From a virus (taxonomy: Duplodnaviria; Caudoviricetes), in the IMG/VR virus record IMGVR_UViG_3300038313_000452, positions 1 to 45,840 of that record: a DNA stretch of 45,840 nucleotides. One strand, 5' to 3'. This document shows positions 38,826-45,840 of the stretch, piece by piece. The stretch's first letter is position 1. Each line of letters starts with the position of its first letter. Below the pieces are notes generated by a model. The model worked only from the letters and a program-made list of their open reading frames with translations, did no database searches and was not told the DNA's origin. The translations under genes and the position numbers were made by a program.

Positions 38826-39856
38826 ATGACAGCTTCTCGGTGACGCTGCTCTCGAAGGGCGATTCCCCGACTGTTTTCTTAGAAGCAACCCCGTTGCTTT
38901 GGCAGGGTATCAGTTCGGATGGCTTGACCATCGTCCCGGATTTCACGGTGCCGGCCAACCAGCCTGTTATCCGAGCTAAGATACTGTCATCCTTGAAATC
39001 AGAATACGTGAATATTCTTGCGGAGTCCGATCGGTGGTGGTACAATGACCAAGAACTCACGTTTGACAGCGCGGGAAATGTTACTGCCCCGGCCGCTTTC
39101 GTCGGGCTGTTCAAACGGGATAAAGTGGCCGGCACCTTGAGAGTGACCGACAACCTGGTATCGATGACAAACAAAACCCCGGACACGATCAAGTTCGAGG
39201 GGGTGATCAAGACTGGAGGCACCACCACCGTGGTCTCACACACGATCCGGGTGCAAATCGAAGAGATGGCCGGCTCCACCTATTCCGGTCAAGTGCAACT
39301 ATCATCCACGACGATTGACGCGCCGGACACGGTAATCACCGCCACCGCGCGCCTTTTTGCCGCTGCCGCCGAGATCACAACAGGATTCTCGGTAAATTAT
39401 TACGAGGCGGTCCCGCTTTCGGCTAACCCAACCGGGTGGGTGCCATTCAAGCCGGCATCCGGTAAAACGGTAACAATTGGGGCTGTCGATGTTGACGGCC
39501 GTCAACTTTTCAAGGCTGATTTTATTGTAAACGCCAATGTGGTGTCAACTGTCATTTTCGCTATCTATGACACGCAGGATCCTTACATGATCAGCATGCC
39601 GTTCAAATCAAAATACATATCGGAAGACGAATCGGTGACGGCCACTCTTTCTCTAATTGATCGTAAAACGGGTGCCGCGGTGCCGGGTGTGACTTGGGAA
39701 TTCAATTTTCTCGACACGCTTGGCCGGGTGGTGGGTGTTTCCACGCCCGTGGCCAATAATGTCGTGACCATCAAGGGCAGCGACCTGACGGAACTCAATC
39801 CTGAAGGTGAGGCCATTGGCGCGATCAACACCTACGTCACGGCAACAAAAAATTAG
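38810..39856 (+). CDS. Tail-associated structural protein (Ig-like beta domains likely)
   Basis: 348 aa Thr/Val-rich. Confidence 0.6.
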   Translation: MAQQINDSFSVTLLSKGDSPTVFLEATPLLWQGISSDGLTIVPDFTVPANQPVIRAKILSSLKSEYVNILAESDRWWYNDQELTFDSAGNVTAPAAFVGLFKRDKVAGTLRVTDNLVSMTNKTPDTIKFEGVIKTGGTTTVVSHTIRVQIEEMAGSTYSGQVQLSSTTIDAPDTVITATARLFAAAAEITTGFSVNYYEAVPLSANPTGWVPFKPASGKTVTIGAVDVDGRQLFKADFIVNANVVSTVIFAIYDTQDPYMISMPFKSKYISEDESVTATLSLIDRKTGAAVPGVTWEFNFLDTLGRVVGVSTPVANNVVTIKGSDLTELNPEGEAIGAINTYVTATKN

Positions 39857-39860
39857 AGCG

Positions 39861-40652
39861 ATGTCTAAAAAATACAACAACTCTTTTTCCGTCGGACTGG
39901 CCCCGAAGAATGGTATTCCCGGGGAATCCGGGCCGATGCCTGTGCCTTCTGGATTTTATGATCCAGATACAGAGTATATCCGCACGAAAGCCCAGGCGCC
40001 TATCGTGATGTCACGTGAAAATGGAAAGTACTACTTACTTGAGAAATTTGGAATCACCAAAGGAGTAGACCCCGTTACTGATTCATCCGGCACATGGGCT
40101 CTCTTTGATCACTTGCAATATGTTTTCGCCGAAATAATAATGGCTAATTACGCGAAAATAGCCGGTGGTGTTCATTATGATGATAAATTGATGTCTCAAT
40201 ACGGCAAGGAAGGTAACGAAGAAAATTCAAATTATGAAAATTACACGGGTGAGGGCGGAAGTTGGCAACCGAATATATTACTCGATTTTTTAACAGGAAA
40301 AGTAAGATTTAATATTGCTGAAATCATCGGGAATATTAAAGCCGGTTCCGGCAATATTGGCAGTTTCACTATTCAAAACGGGAATTTAGTTTCCGATTAT
40401 TACTTTGGGCACACCGTAAATGGGATTTACATGATTGTCCATGGGGGTATAACCCTGAATGATCGCGAAATAAAACTATCAGATAGCTTCGGAGGTGTAG
40501 TGGGATATCCTCAAGTACACACTCGTTCTATTTCTTTTAAGGCCACCGATATTACCATAAAAACCGAAATAACAGGATTTCCGAATCCATCTGAAACCAT
40601 TCTTGAAATAAGATCGAGTGGTATTTATCGCGATGGCGTACAAATATTATAA
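39861..40652 (+). CDS. Tail fibre-like protein
   Basis: ATG at 39861; short GIPGESGP collagen-like stretch; WQPNILLDFLTG and GNIKAGSGNIGSFTI repeats typical of fibres. Confidence 0.55.
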   Translation: MSKKYNNSFSVGLAPKNGIPGESGPMPVPSGFYDPDTEYIRTKAQAPIVMSRENGKYYLLEKFGITKGVDPVTDSSGTWALFDHLQYVFAEIIMANYAKIAGGVHYDDKLMSQYGKEGNEENSNYENYTGEGGSWQPNILLDFLTGKVRFNIAEIIGNIKAGSGNIGSFTIQNGNLVSDYYFGHTVNGIYMIVHGGITLNDREIKLSDSFGGVVGYPQVHTRSISFKATDITIKTEITGFPNPSETILEIRSSGIYRDGVQIL

Positions 40653-40664
40653 AAAATAAATATT

Positions 40665-42056
40665 ATGACTCAAGAAGTTAAATTACTGGAAGATCTATTG
40701 TCATTCGATGAAAATGACAAACTACTCGCTTATAGCAACAAGTACAATAAATTGGGCTTCCTGCCCGCGGGGATGTTGAGCAATTCATCCGGGTACGCTT
40801 GCCGTCGCTGGAACTTGAACAATGCTTCCCCCGTGGGAGAGGCTGTCGGTGATATCGACTACCTGCGTAACTTACCTGCAATCCTTGGCCTTGGATGCTA
40901 TTTGGTTGAACGCAACCATGGTCGCCGGAAACTCGATCCGACGAATCACTACAAGCTGGCCACCGGTGAAGCCGCGGCACTCGATGGCTCGATGGGACAT
41001 TACATGTGGGGTTGGGGTACTCCGTGGTTCTACAGCTGGTGGGTAGAAGGCAATTACTACTACGAAGCTGCATCATTGAAGCCTATCTTGGGGCGTTTGA
41101 ATTACCCAATCCCGGTTGGAAGCATATCGGCGATTGGCGGTTCTATCGTGGATCGCGATACAGAAGAACTCGTGTCATTGATCAGTGATGATCCTCGTTA
41201 TCGAGGTGGAAATAACGATGTATCGAAAGACGGGGAATTTAACACGATGCTCGGGCGGACAGCTTCAATGATAAGTGCAGCAACGTGCAGTACTTATGCA
41301 CGAAAAAACGGCGAGGGTTGGGATGCCATGTTTTACGGACATGCCGCGATCGCGAATGCGTTGTCTCGCATAATTTTTGGCACCCGCGATCTGCAGACAG
41401 CCTTCAACCCAAACAAAGATACGAACGGACTGCACCAAGGCGGCCTCGGTCAAGGCGTGACCAATGCCGGTGCCTGGTGGGCTGATAATTTTCAGAGTTA
41501 TGGATTCTTACCTACTGACGTGGGAGTTGATCTCGGGGACAGTTGCGGTGTCGCCCCGTACGATGTGCTTGGCTCCGAGGGACAGGTCTTGCAGACAGTC
41601 GAAGTGCCGGTATTTTTTGGTTACAAAAACATGTACGGGTATCAAAATAAGTGGGAAGTTAAAAAGCTTTTCTCCATGAACGCCGACACGAGTGGTGACG
41701 TGTATGTCACACCCAAGTTCTATTCCGATTTCAACTGGACGCTCGCCGGCATGAAAAAAGTGGCGACGCTCGCCGCGGGGAGTGATTATATTTCACAAAT
41801 CAGCATGCAGAACTTGTGCCATACCCCGACAGTTTTGGGCGGCAGCTCCGGAACATACTATGCCGATCGGTCTTATAGCACCGTCACTTCTGGTTTGCGC
41901 GTCTCTGCGGTTGGTGGCCACGCTAGCCATGGTCTCACTGCTGGCCCGGAGTACCTGCATGCGAGTAGCGCGTCCTCGGCGGTCTATGCGGCCTATGGCT
42001 CGCCGCTCTGCGAAACAGCAAGCGATTGGGACACAACGCCTATCTTGGTTGTCTGA
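40665..42056 (+). CDS. DGR target protein: putative receptor-binding tail protein with C-terminal variable (CLec-like) domain
   Basis: Last tail gene; VR encodes SGLRVSAVGGHASHGLTAGPEYLHASSASSAVYAAYGSPLC near the C-terminus. Confidence 0.88.
   Translation: MTQEVKLLEDLLSFDENDKLLAYSNKYNKLGFLPAGMLSNSSGYACRRWNLNNASPVGEAVGDIDYLRNLPAILGLGCYLVERNHGRRKLDPTNHYKLATGEAAALDGSMGHYMWGWGTPWFYSWWVEGNYYYEAASLKPILGRLNYPIPVGSISAIGGSIVDRDTEELVSLISDDPRYRGGNNDVSKDGEFNTMLGRTASMISAATCSTYARKNGEGWDAMFYGHAAIANALSRIIFGTRDLQTAFNPNKDTNGLHQGGLGQGVTNAGAWWADNFQSYGFLPTDVGVDLGDSCGVAPYDVLGSEGQVLQTVEVPVFFGYKNMYGYQNKWEVKKLFSMNADTSGDVYVTPKFYSDFNWTLAGMKKVATLAAGSDYISQISMQNLCHTPTVLGGSSGTYYADRSYSTVTSGLRVSAVGGHASHGLTAGPEYLHASSASSAVYAAYGSPLCETASDWDTTPILVV
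41888..42011 (+). repeat. DGR variable repeat (VR)
   Basis: 124-bp ungapped match to 42234-42357 with 13 mismatches, all opposite TR adenines. Confidence 0.97.
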
Positions 42057-42093
42057 GGTGGCGAGGTAGACGGCAGCAAACAAAAGCAAACAT

Positions 42094-42109
42094 TGCCCCG
42101 GTAGGGGCA
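42094..42109 (+). promoter_or_regulatory. DGR target-recognition hairpin/cruciform downstream of VR
   Basis: TGCCCC-GGTA-GGGGCA: GC-rich stem with a GRNA-type 4-nt loop. Confidence 0.7.
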
Positions 42110-42178
42110 GGGGTATAATCACTTTTTGTGATTTCACGCGATCTTTGAAATTTTTTTCATATTTAGGAATTTAAACAT

Positions 42179-42186
42179 TATCTTTG
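42179..42186 (+). promoter_or_regulatory. -7 promoter element TATCTTTG upstream of TR/RT
   Basis: Matches TAnnTTTG; followed by a 5' hairpin GGTTCGTT-GGTG-AATGAACC at 42191-42210. Confidence 0.55.
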
Positions 42187-42233
42187 TCGCGGTTCGTTGG
42201 TGAATGAACCAGGTTGCTGTTTCTTGAGCCATT

Positions 42234-42357
42234 TTCTGGTTTGCGCGTCTCTGCGGTTGGTGGCAACGCTAACAATGGTCTCAATGCTGGCCCGGAGTAC
42301 CTGAATGCGAATAACGCGTCCTCGACGGTCAATGCGAACTATGGCTCGCCGCTCAAC
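42234..42357 (+). ncRNA. DGR template repeat (TR), core of the DGR RNA
   Basis: 24 adenines, 20 of them in ten AAC/AAT triplets in the target reading frame; lies between VR and RT. Confidence 0.97.
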
Positions 42358-42503
42358 TTTTTCTGGAGAGAGTTTGTCAGCTTCTCTCTAAAAAATGAGA
42401 CAGAACCTCACCCCATGGTGAAAAAGACACACCAAACATGAAGTGCCGGTAGGCTCGAAGAGCTCGAAGGCAGGGAACCAAAAAAGCAGACAAACCGATC
42501 AAG

Positions 42504-42621
42504 ACACCGAAGTTACACCGTTTTACACCGACATAACCCCGAACTAATACACCCGGGCCATAAGCCATCACACGAATCACCCGTTTTACAACACCGAAGC
42601 TACACCGTTTTACACCGACAT
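42504..42621 (+). repeat. 31-bp direct repeat built of ACACCG units in the TR-RT spacer
   Basis: ACACCGAAG(T/C)TACACCGTTTTACACCGACAT at 42504-42534 and 42591-42621; partial copy CCGTTTTACA at 42581. Confidence 0.9.
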
Positions 42622-42650
42622 GACACTGTTACATCCAAATTGTAACCGGT

Positions 42651-44192
42651 ATGAAACGGAAGGGACACATCGATAACGCTAACAAGAAGAATTTTGAAGG
42701 TGCTTTTTGGGGCTATTCAAATGGGAAACATCACAGGAATGCGATACGTACTTTTGAAAAAAACCTCGAGGAGAATCTTCAGCTTCTTCTTGATACGTAC
42801 GTGAACCGTACGTGGAAAACATCGCCTTATGAACCGAAAGAGGTTTTCAAGCCCAAAAATCGCATTGTCCACCGCTCCCCGGTTGAAGATCACGTGATCC
42901 AATGGGCCTCGGTACTGCCGATTGAAGAATGGTTATTTGACACGATATACCACCGCGCTCCAGCATGCGTCAAGGGGAAAGGCACTCATCACTTCGTTTA
43001 CCAGGAGCGTGATGAACTCCGCGAGTATCCTCAACAAGAAGTATATTACACCGTACAGCTCGACGTGCATCATTACTTCGAGCACATCAACCACGATATT
43101 ATGAAAAAGCGGGTCCGGCATAAAATAAAGGATCCCGCCCTACTCCATTTCCTTGATGAATTTATTGTCAGTTTTGAAAATGGTCTGGTTTTAGGAGTAA
43201 AGCTCTCGCAACTCCTTTCCGGGTTATATCTCGCTCCGTTTGACCGGGACGCGCTTCGCTGCTTCGGACTACAAGATAACCGCGAATTATTTCTACACTG
43301 GCAGGATATATACGTGTCCAACTGTCTCGTTACCTGCCGGACGAGGTGGCAAGCGGATGAGCTCGCGAAAGGGGTGGAGCATCTTAACCGGAAATTCGAG
43401 AGATATGTTAACGAGGGTTTACGCCACTACAGCAGGTTTGCCGACAACATCGTTATAAAACACGCCGATAAGGCCTTCCTGCATATCATCGTGCGGCTGG
43501 CCATAGAGACTCTCAGAAAAAATTACCTGCTCGAAGTGAACCGCGGTTGGAACGTCCGACCAACGTGGATGGGAAATGATGTCTGCGGATACGTGTTTTT
43601 TCACGAGCATGTCCGACTCAGGAAAAGAAACAAGCAAGCACTCTGCCGACAGGTGGCCCGTCTCCGGAAAAAGGGCTATTCAGAAGATGACATTCGTCTC
43701 AAGTCGGCATCGCGGGTAGGATTTGCCTGTCATGGCGACACGAAAAACTTACTACGAAAATTAAATATGGAAAAAAGATTAGGCAAGGTGATCCGCAAGC
43801 GAAAGCGGAAACCACCATTTCCGGGGATGAGGCCCGACCAGAAAAAATCGGTAGAAGATATCGTTTGCACGGATTTCGATATCGAGGACGCGAAAATAAT
43901 ACGGCTCTTGGACTACAATATTCAGGATTCGATCATCGGCGAGAACGATGACGGCACGCCCAAGAAGCGGATCGCGATCCGTTACAATTTATGCGCGCAT
44001 GTCGAGCATCCCGGTGATGAGGACGAAGACCCGGTATACACGTGGACGGAAGAAGAGTTTTATTCTTTCAGCGGATCGAAGGTCATGATAGACCAGGCTG
44101 AGAATGATTTCTCGAAAGATGATCTCCCGATTGCCACTGTTATCCGGGAATTCAAAAATCAAATGAAAAAAAAGTTTTATAAATTCACTTAA
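42651..44192 (+). CDS. DGR reverse transcriptase with C-terminal extension
   Basis: KPKNRIV...DHVIQ, ACVKGKGTH, LDVHHYFEHINH, GLVLGVKLSQLL (G..SQ), YSRFADNIVI, DVCGY; adjacent to TR/VR. Confidence 0.93.
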   Translation: MKRKGHIDNANKKNFEGAFWGYSNGKHHRNAIRTFEKNLEENLQLLLDTYVNRTWKTSPYEPKEVFKPKNRIVHRSPVEDHVIQWASVLPIEEWLFDTIYHRAPACVKGKGTHHFVYQERDELREYPQQEVYYTVQLDVHHYFEHINHDIMKKRVRHKIKDPALLHFLDEFIVSFENGLVLGVKLSQLLSGLYLAPFDRDALRCFGLQDNRELFLHWQDIYVSNCLVTCRTRWQADELAKGVEHLNRKFERYVNEGLRHYSRFADNIVIKHADKAFLHIIVRLAIETLRKNYLLEVNRGWNVRPTWMGNDVCGYVFFHEHVRLRKRNKQALCRQVARLRKKGYSEDDIRLKSASRVGFACHGDTKNLLRKLNMEKRLGKVIRKRKRKPPFPGMRPDQKKSVEDIVCTDFDIEDAKIIRLLDYNIQDSIIGENDDGTPKKRIAIRYNLCAHVEHPGDEDEDPVYTWTEEEFYSFSGSKVMIDQAENDFSKDDLPIATVIREFKNQMKKKFYKFT

Positions 44193-44204
44193 AACACCGC
44201 AATT

Positions 44205-44582
44205 ATGAACACAGTAATTTATCCCTCGAAACGGTCGTACATCCGGTACGACGACAACCATTTCCTCTTGTACTTGAATGAAGAGGTGATTGAAGACTAC
44301 CTTCCCGAGGATGCCGAAGAAGGTGTAGAACCTGCTACCGTATATTCCTATACGGGCAGTTCCACAGATGGAGGCACGTTGATCTCGGCCAAGGTCGATA
44401 CATATGAAGCATTTGTGTCCGGACTTGTTCGAAGTCGTTACAGTTCTGACCAAGTTGAAGCAATAATTCTGAATTTGCAATCTAATGATCCAGAGCGGAT
44501 CGATGAGTTTCGCCAAGAAATGGACGATCTGAACAATTGGAGAGCAGAGTGCAAGCAAATTGCTGCTGACTTGTTGCTGTAA
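44205..44582 (+). CDS. Hypothetical acidic protein downstream of RT
   Basis: 125 aa, 12 bp after RT stop; helical C-terminus LVRSRYSSDQVEAIILN...WRAECKQIA. Confidence 0.8.
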   Translation: MNTVIYPSKRSYIRYDDNHFLLYLNEEVIEDYLPEDAEEGVEPATVYSYTGSSTDGGTLISAKVDTYEAFVSGLVRSRYSSDQVEAIILNLQSNDPERIDEFRQEMDDLNNWRAECKQIAADLLL

Positions 44583-44604
44583 TTACAACGAACAAGCTGT
44601 CTCG

Positions 44605-44638
44605 AGCCGGTTACGTTGGGAAATGTAGCCGGCTTTTT
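44605..44638 (+). terminator. Terminator between convergent DGR operon and integrase
   Basis: AGCCGGTTACGTT-GGGA-AATGTAGCCGGCT followed by T run. Confidence 0.75.
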
Positions 44639-44661
44639 GTTGGTTCGTTGGTCGGTTGGTT
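44639..44661. repeat. Three 8-bp-period GTTGGT(C/T) repeats
   Basis: GTTGGTTC-GTTGGTCG-GTTGGTT, same motif and period as 8942-9278. Confidence 0.75.
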
Positions 44662-44667
44662 CGCAAA

Positions 44668-45840
44668 TCACGAGGCGTCACTGGAGAATTTATTGAAGCA
44701 TAGAATACCTTCCTGCTTAGATTGATCTAAAACGTGAGCGTATATTAATGTCTCCCTCAAGTCGGAATGCCCGAGTATTTCTTTCAACGCAGTCAGATCC
44801 TTCGTGTTTGCAAGGTAAATTGTGGCGAAAGTATGACGGCCTGATTTTGTTGACAGTTTTTTGTCAACTCCTAATTCCACTGCTATTTCTTTAAGCCTTT
44901 TGTTTATAGTCTGCTCCGCTGGTAGTTTTTCGAAGATTAATCCTTTTTTTCGAGTTCCTACTATATTTTTCACGAGTTTTCTCAACGTATCAGATACAGG
45001 AACTATCACCTGAACGGGCTTCTTCTTTCCTGTTTTTTTACGTACGTACACGAAGGAATCTTCGGTAAATTGTTCTAATTTCAATCCCGATGCGTCTCCA
45101 ATATGAAGTGATGAGAAACAGAGAAACAGGTAGAATTCTAACGTCTTATGATATTTAGAGTCAAAATACCCCTCGGTATATGCATTCACAAAGGTGTGTA
45201 GTTCGTTTTCATTTAAATAGGTAAAACTCCCTTGCACTCGTTTTATCGTGAACTCTTCGTAAGGATCCTCGTCCATATATCCTTGCTTCACGGCTTCTTT
45301 TACATACGTGCCAATAATGCTCATATTTTTATAAGCTGTATTCTCGTTGTTTTTTAGTGTTGTTGTTAAATACCGGAAGTAGTTTGCCAGCCACTCCGGG
45401 GTAATATCATCGAAATGTAATCTCGGATCATACTTTTTAACTTTATTCAAAATCTTCGTGTGATTTTGCAAGGTGGATAATTCATTGCCTCTATTAACTA
45501 TTTTCTTAATATCAGCAGTAAAGAGATGAAATGTGTCATAATCATCCGGGCGGTTGTAGGCCCTTAAAAATGCTGATCGTGTGAGTTTTTTATCCTTGAG
45601 TCTATATTTCACAAAGACGTTATTTATACGAGCAGCGATATTTGAAAGGACTAAATTTTTGTCTTCATGTTTAGCATCTGATTTTTTTACACAACGTTTA
45701 TTTTCATCCCAATCTTGCACGTTACATCTTACGTGAGTTGAGAAATTAATCTTTTCTCTATTCACGTAGAAACTCACGTAAATCACGCCTGATTCGATTG
45801 ATTTACCATGTACTCTCAAGTATATATTCAGCGTTATCAT
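44668..45840 (-). CDS. int: Tyrosine recombinase / phage integrase (arm-binding, SAM-like and catalytic domains)
   Basis: 390 aa; N-terminal YVSFYVNREKINFST.....W arm domain; RKKT, SGRHTFAT, ILGHS....T..YAH. Confidence 0.92.
   Translation of the reverse strand: MITLNIYLRVHGKSIESGVIYVSFYVNREKINFSTHVRCNVQDWDENKRCVKKSDAKHEDKNLVLSNIAARINNVFVKYRLKDKKLTRSAFLRAYNRPDDYDTFHLFTADIKKIVNRGNELSTLQNHTKILNKVKKYDPRLHFDDITPEWLANYFRYLTTTLKNNENTAYKNMSIIGTYVKEAVKQGYMDEDPYEEFTIKRVQGSFTYLNENELHTFVNAYTEGYFDSKYHKTLEFYLFLCFSSLHIGDASGLKLEQFTEDSFVYVRKKTGKKKPVQVIVPVSDTLRKLVKNIVGTRKKGLIFEKLPAEQTINKRLKEIAVELGVDKKLSTKSGRHTFATIYLANTKDLTALKEILGHSDLRETLIYAHVLDQSKQEGILCFNKFSSDAS

Larger units (their letters stand above)
1..45840. 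mobile_element. Temperate tailed phage / prophage of a Bacteroidota host carrying a DGR
   Basis: Co-oriented replication, head, packaging, tail and lysis modules plus tyrosine integrase and antirepressors; no host housekeeping genes; att ends not seen. Confidence 0.95.

Noticed and set aside
35928-40652. Additional VR copies in other tail genes
   Set aside because: No second match to the TR was noticed by eye; a computational local alignment is needed to exclude one fully
42214-42441. 75-aa ORF spanning the TR
   Set aside because: It is open because TR mirrors the coding VR; weak TTG start; best treated as non-coding template RNA, and it does not resemble Avd
42504-42621. 31-bp repeats as a mini CRISPR array
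   Set aside because: Only two copies, internally periodic, spacer contains partial repeat, no cas genes
42651-44192. RT as group II intron, retron or Abi RT
   Set aside because: Adjacent adenine-specific TR/VR pair and G..SQ motif explain it as DGR; no intron domain V/VI, maturase/endonuclease domain or retron VTG motif seen
1-45840. attL/attR direct repeats and CI repressor
   Set aside because: Window starts at the first ATG and ends at the integrase ATG; no terminal repeat or divergent repressor is visible, so they probably lie outside

Overview
The window is an essentially complete temperate tailed phage (siphovirus-like prophage) of a Bacteroidota host, inferred from TAnnTTTG-type promoters, AT-rich translation starts and the gene families present. 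It runs on the + strand from a Cro-like/LuxR early region through a 1309-aa primase-helicase, a C5 methyltransferase, an iteron-rich candidate origin, head/tail/packaging genes, a moron and antirepressor island (HigBA, DUF4468-like, HIRAN, structured RNA, P22-AR-N and KilA-N), tape measure, lysis and tail-tip genes. It ends in a complete diversity-generating retroelement (DGR) and a convergent tyrosine integrase. The DGR is directly visible: VR 41888-42011 in the last tail gene and TR 42234-42357 differ at 13 positions, all TR adenines. It is atypical in having an RT with FADN instead of YxDD, a ~140-aa C-terminal extension on the RT, no avd-type gene, and a repeat-rich TR-RT spacer. Other signals not shown by the ORF track: a probable -1 frameshift at an A9 run, a four-copy GTCCTTT-N20-nAnnTTYG late-promoter motif, the origin-type octamer repeats recurring 35 kb away, a c4-like antisense RNA, and a duplicated promoter cassette in front of two different antirepressors. 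No CI repressor or att sites could be identified inside the window. All family assignments come from motif recognition by eye, not database searches.
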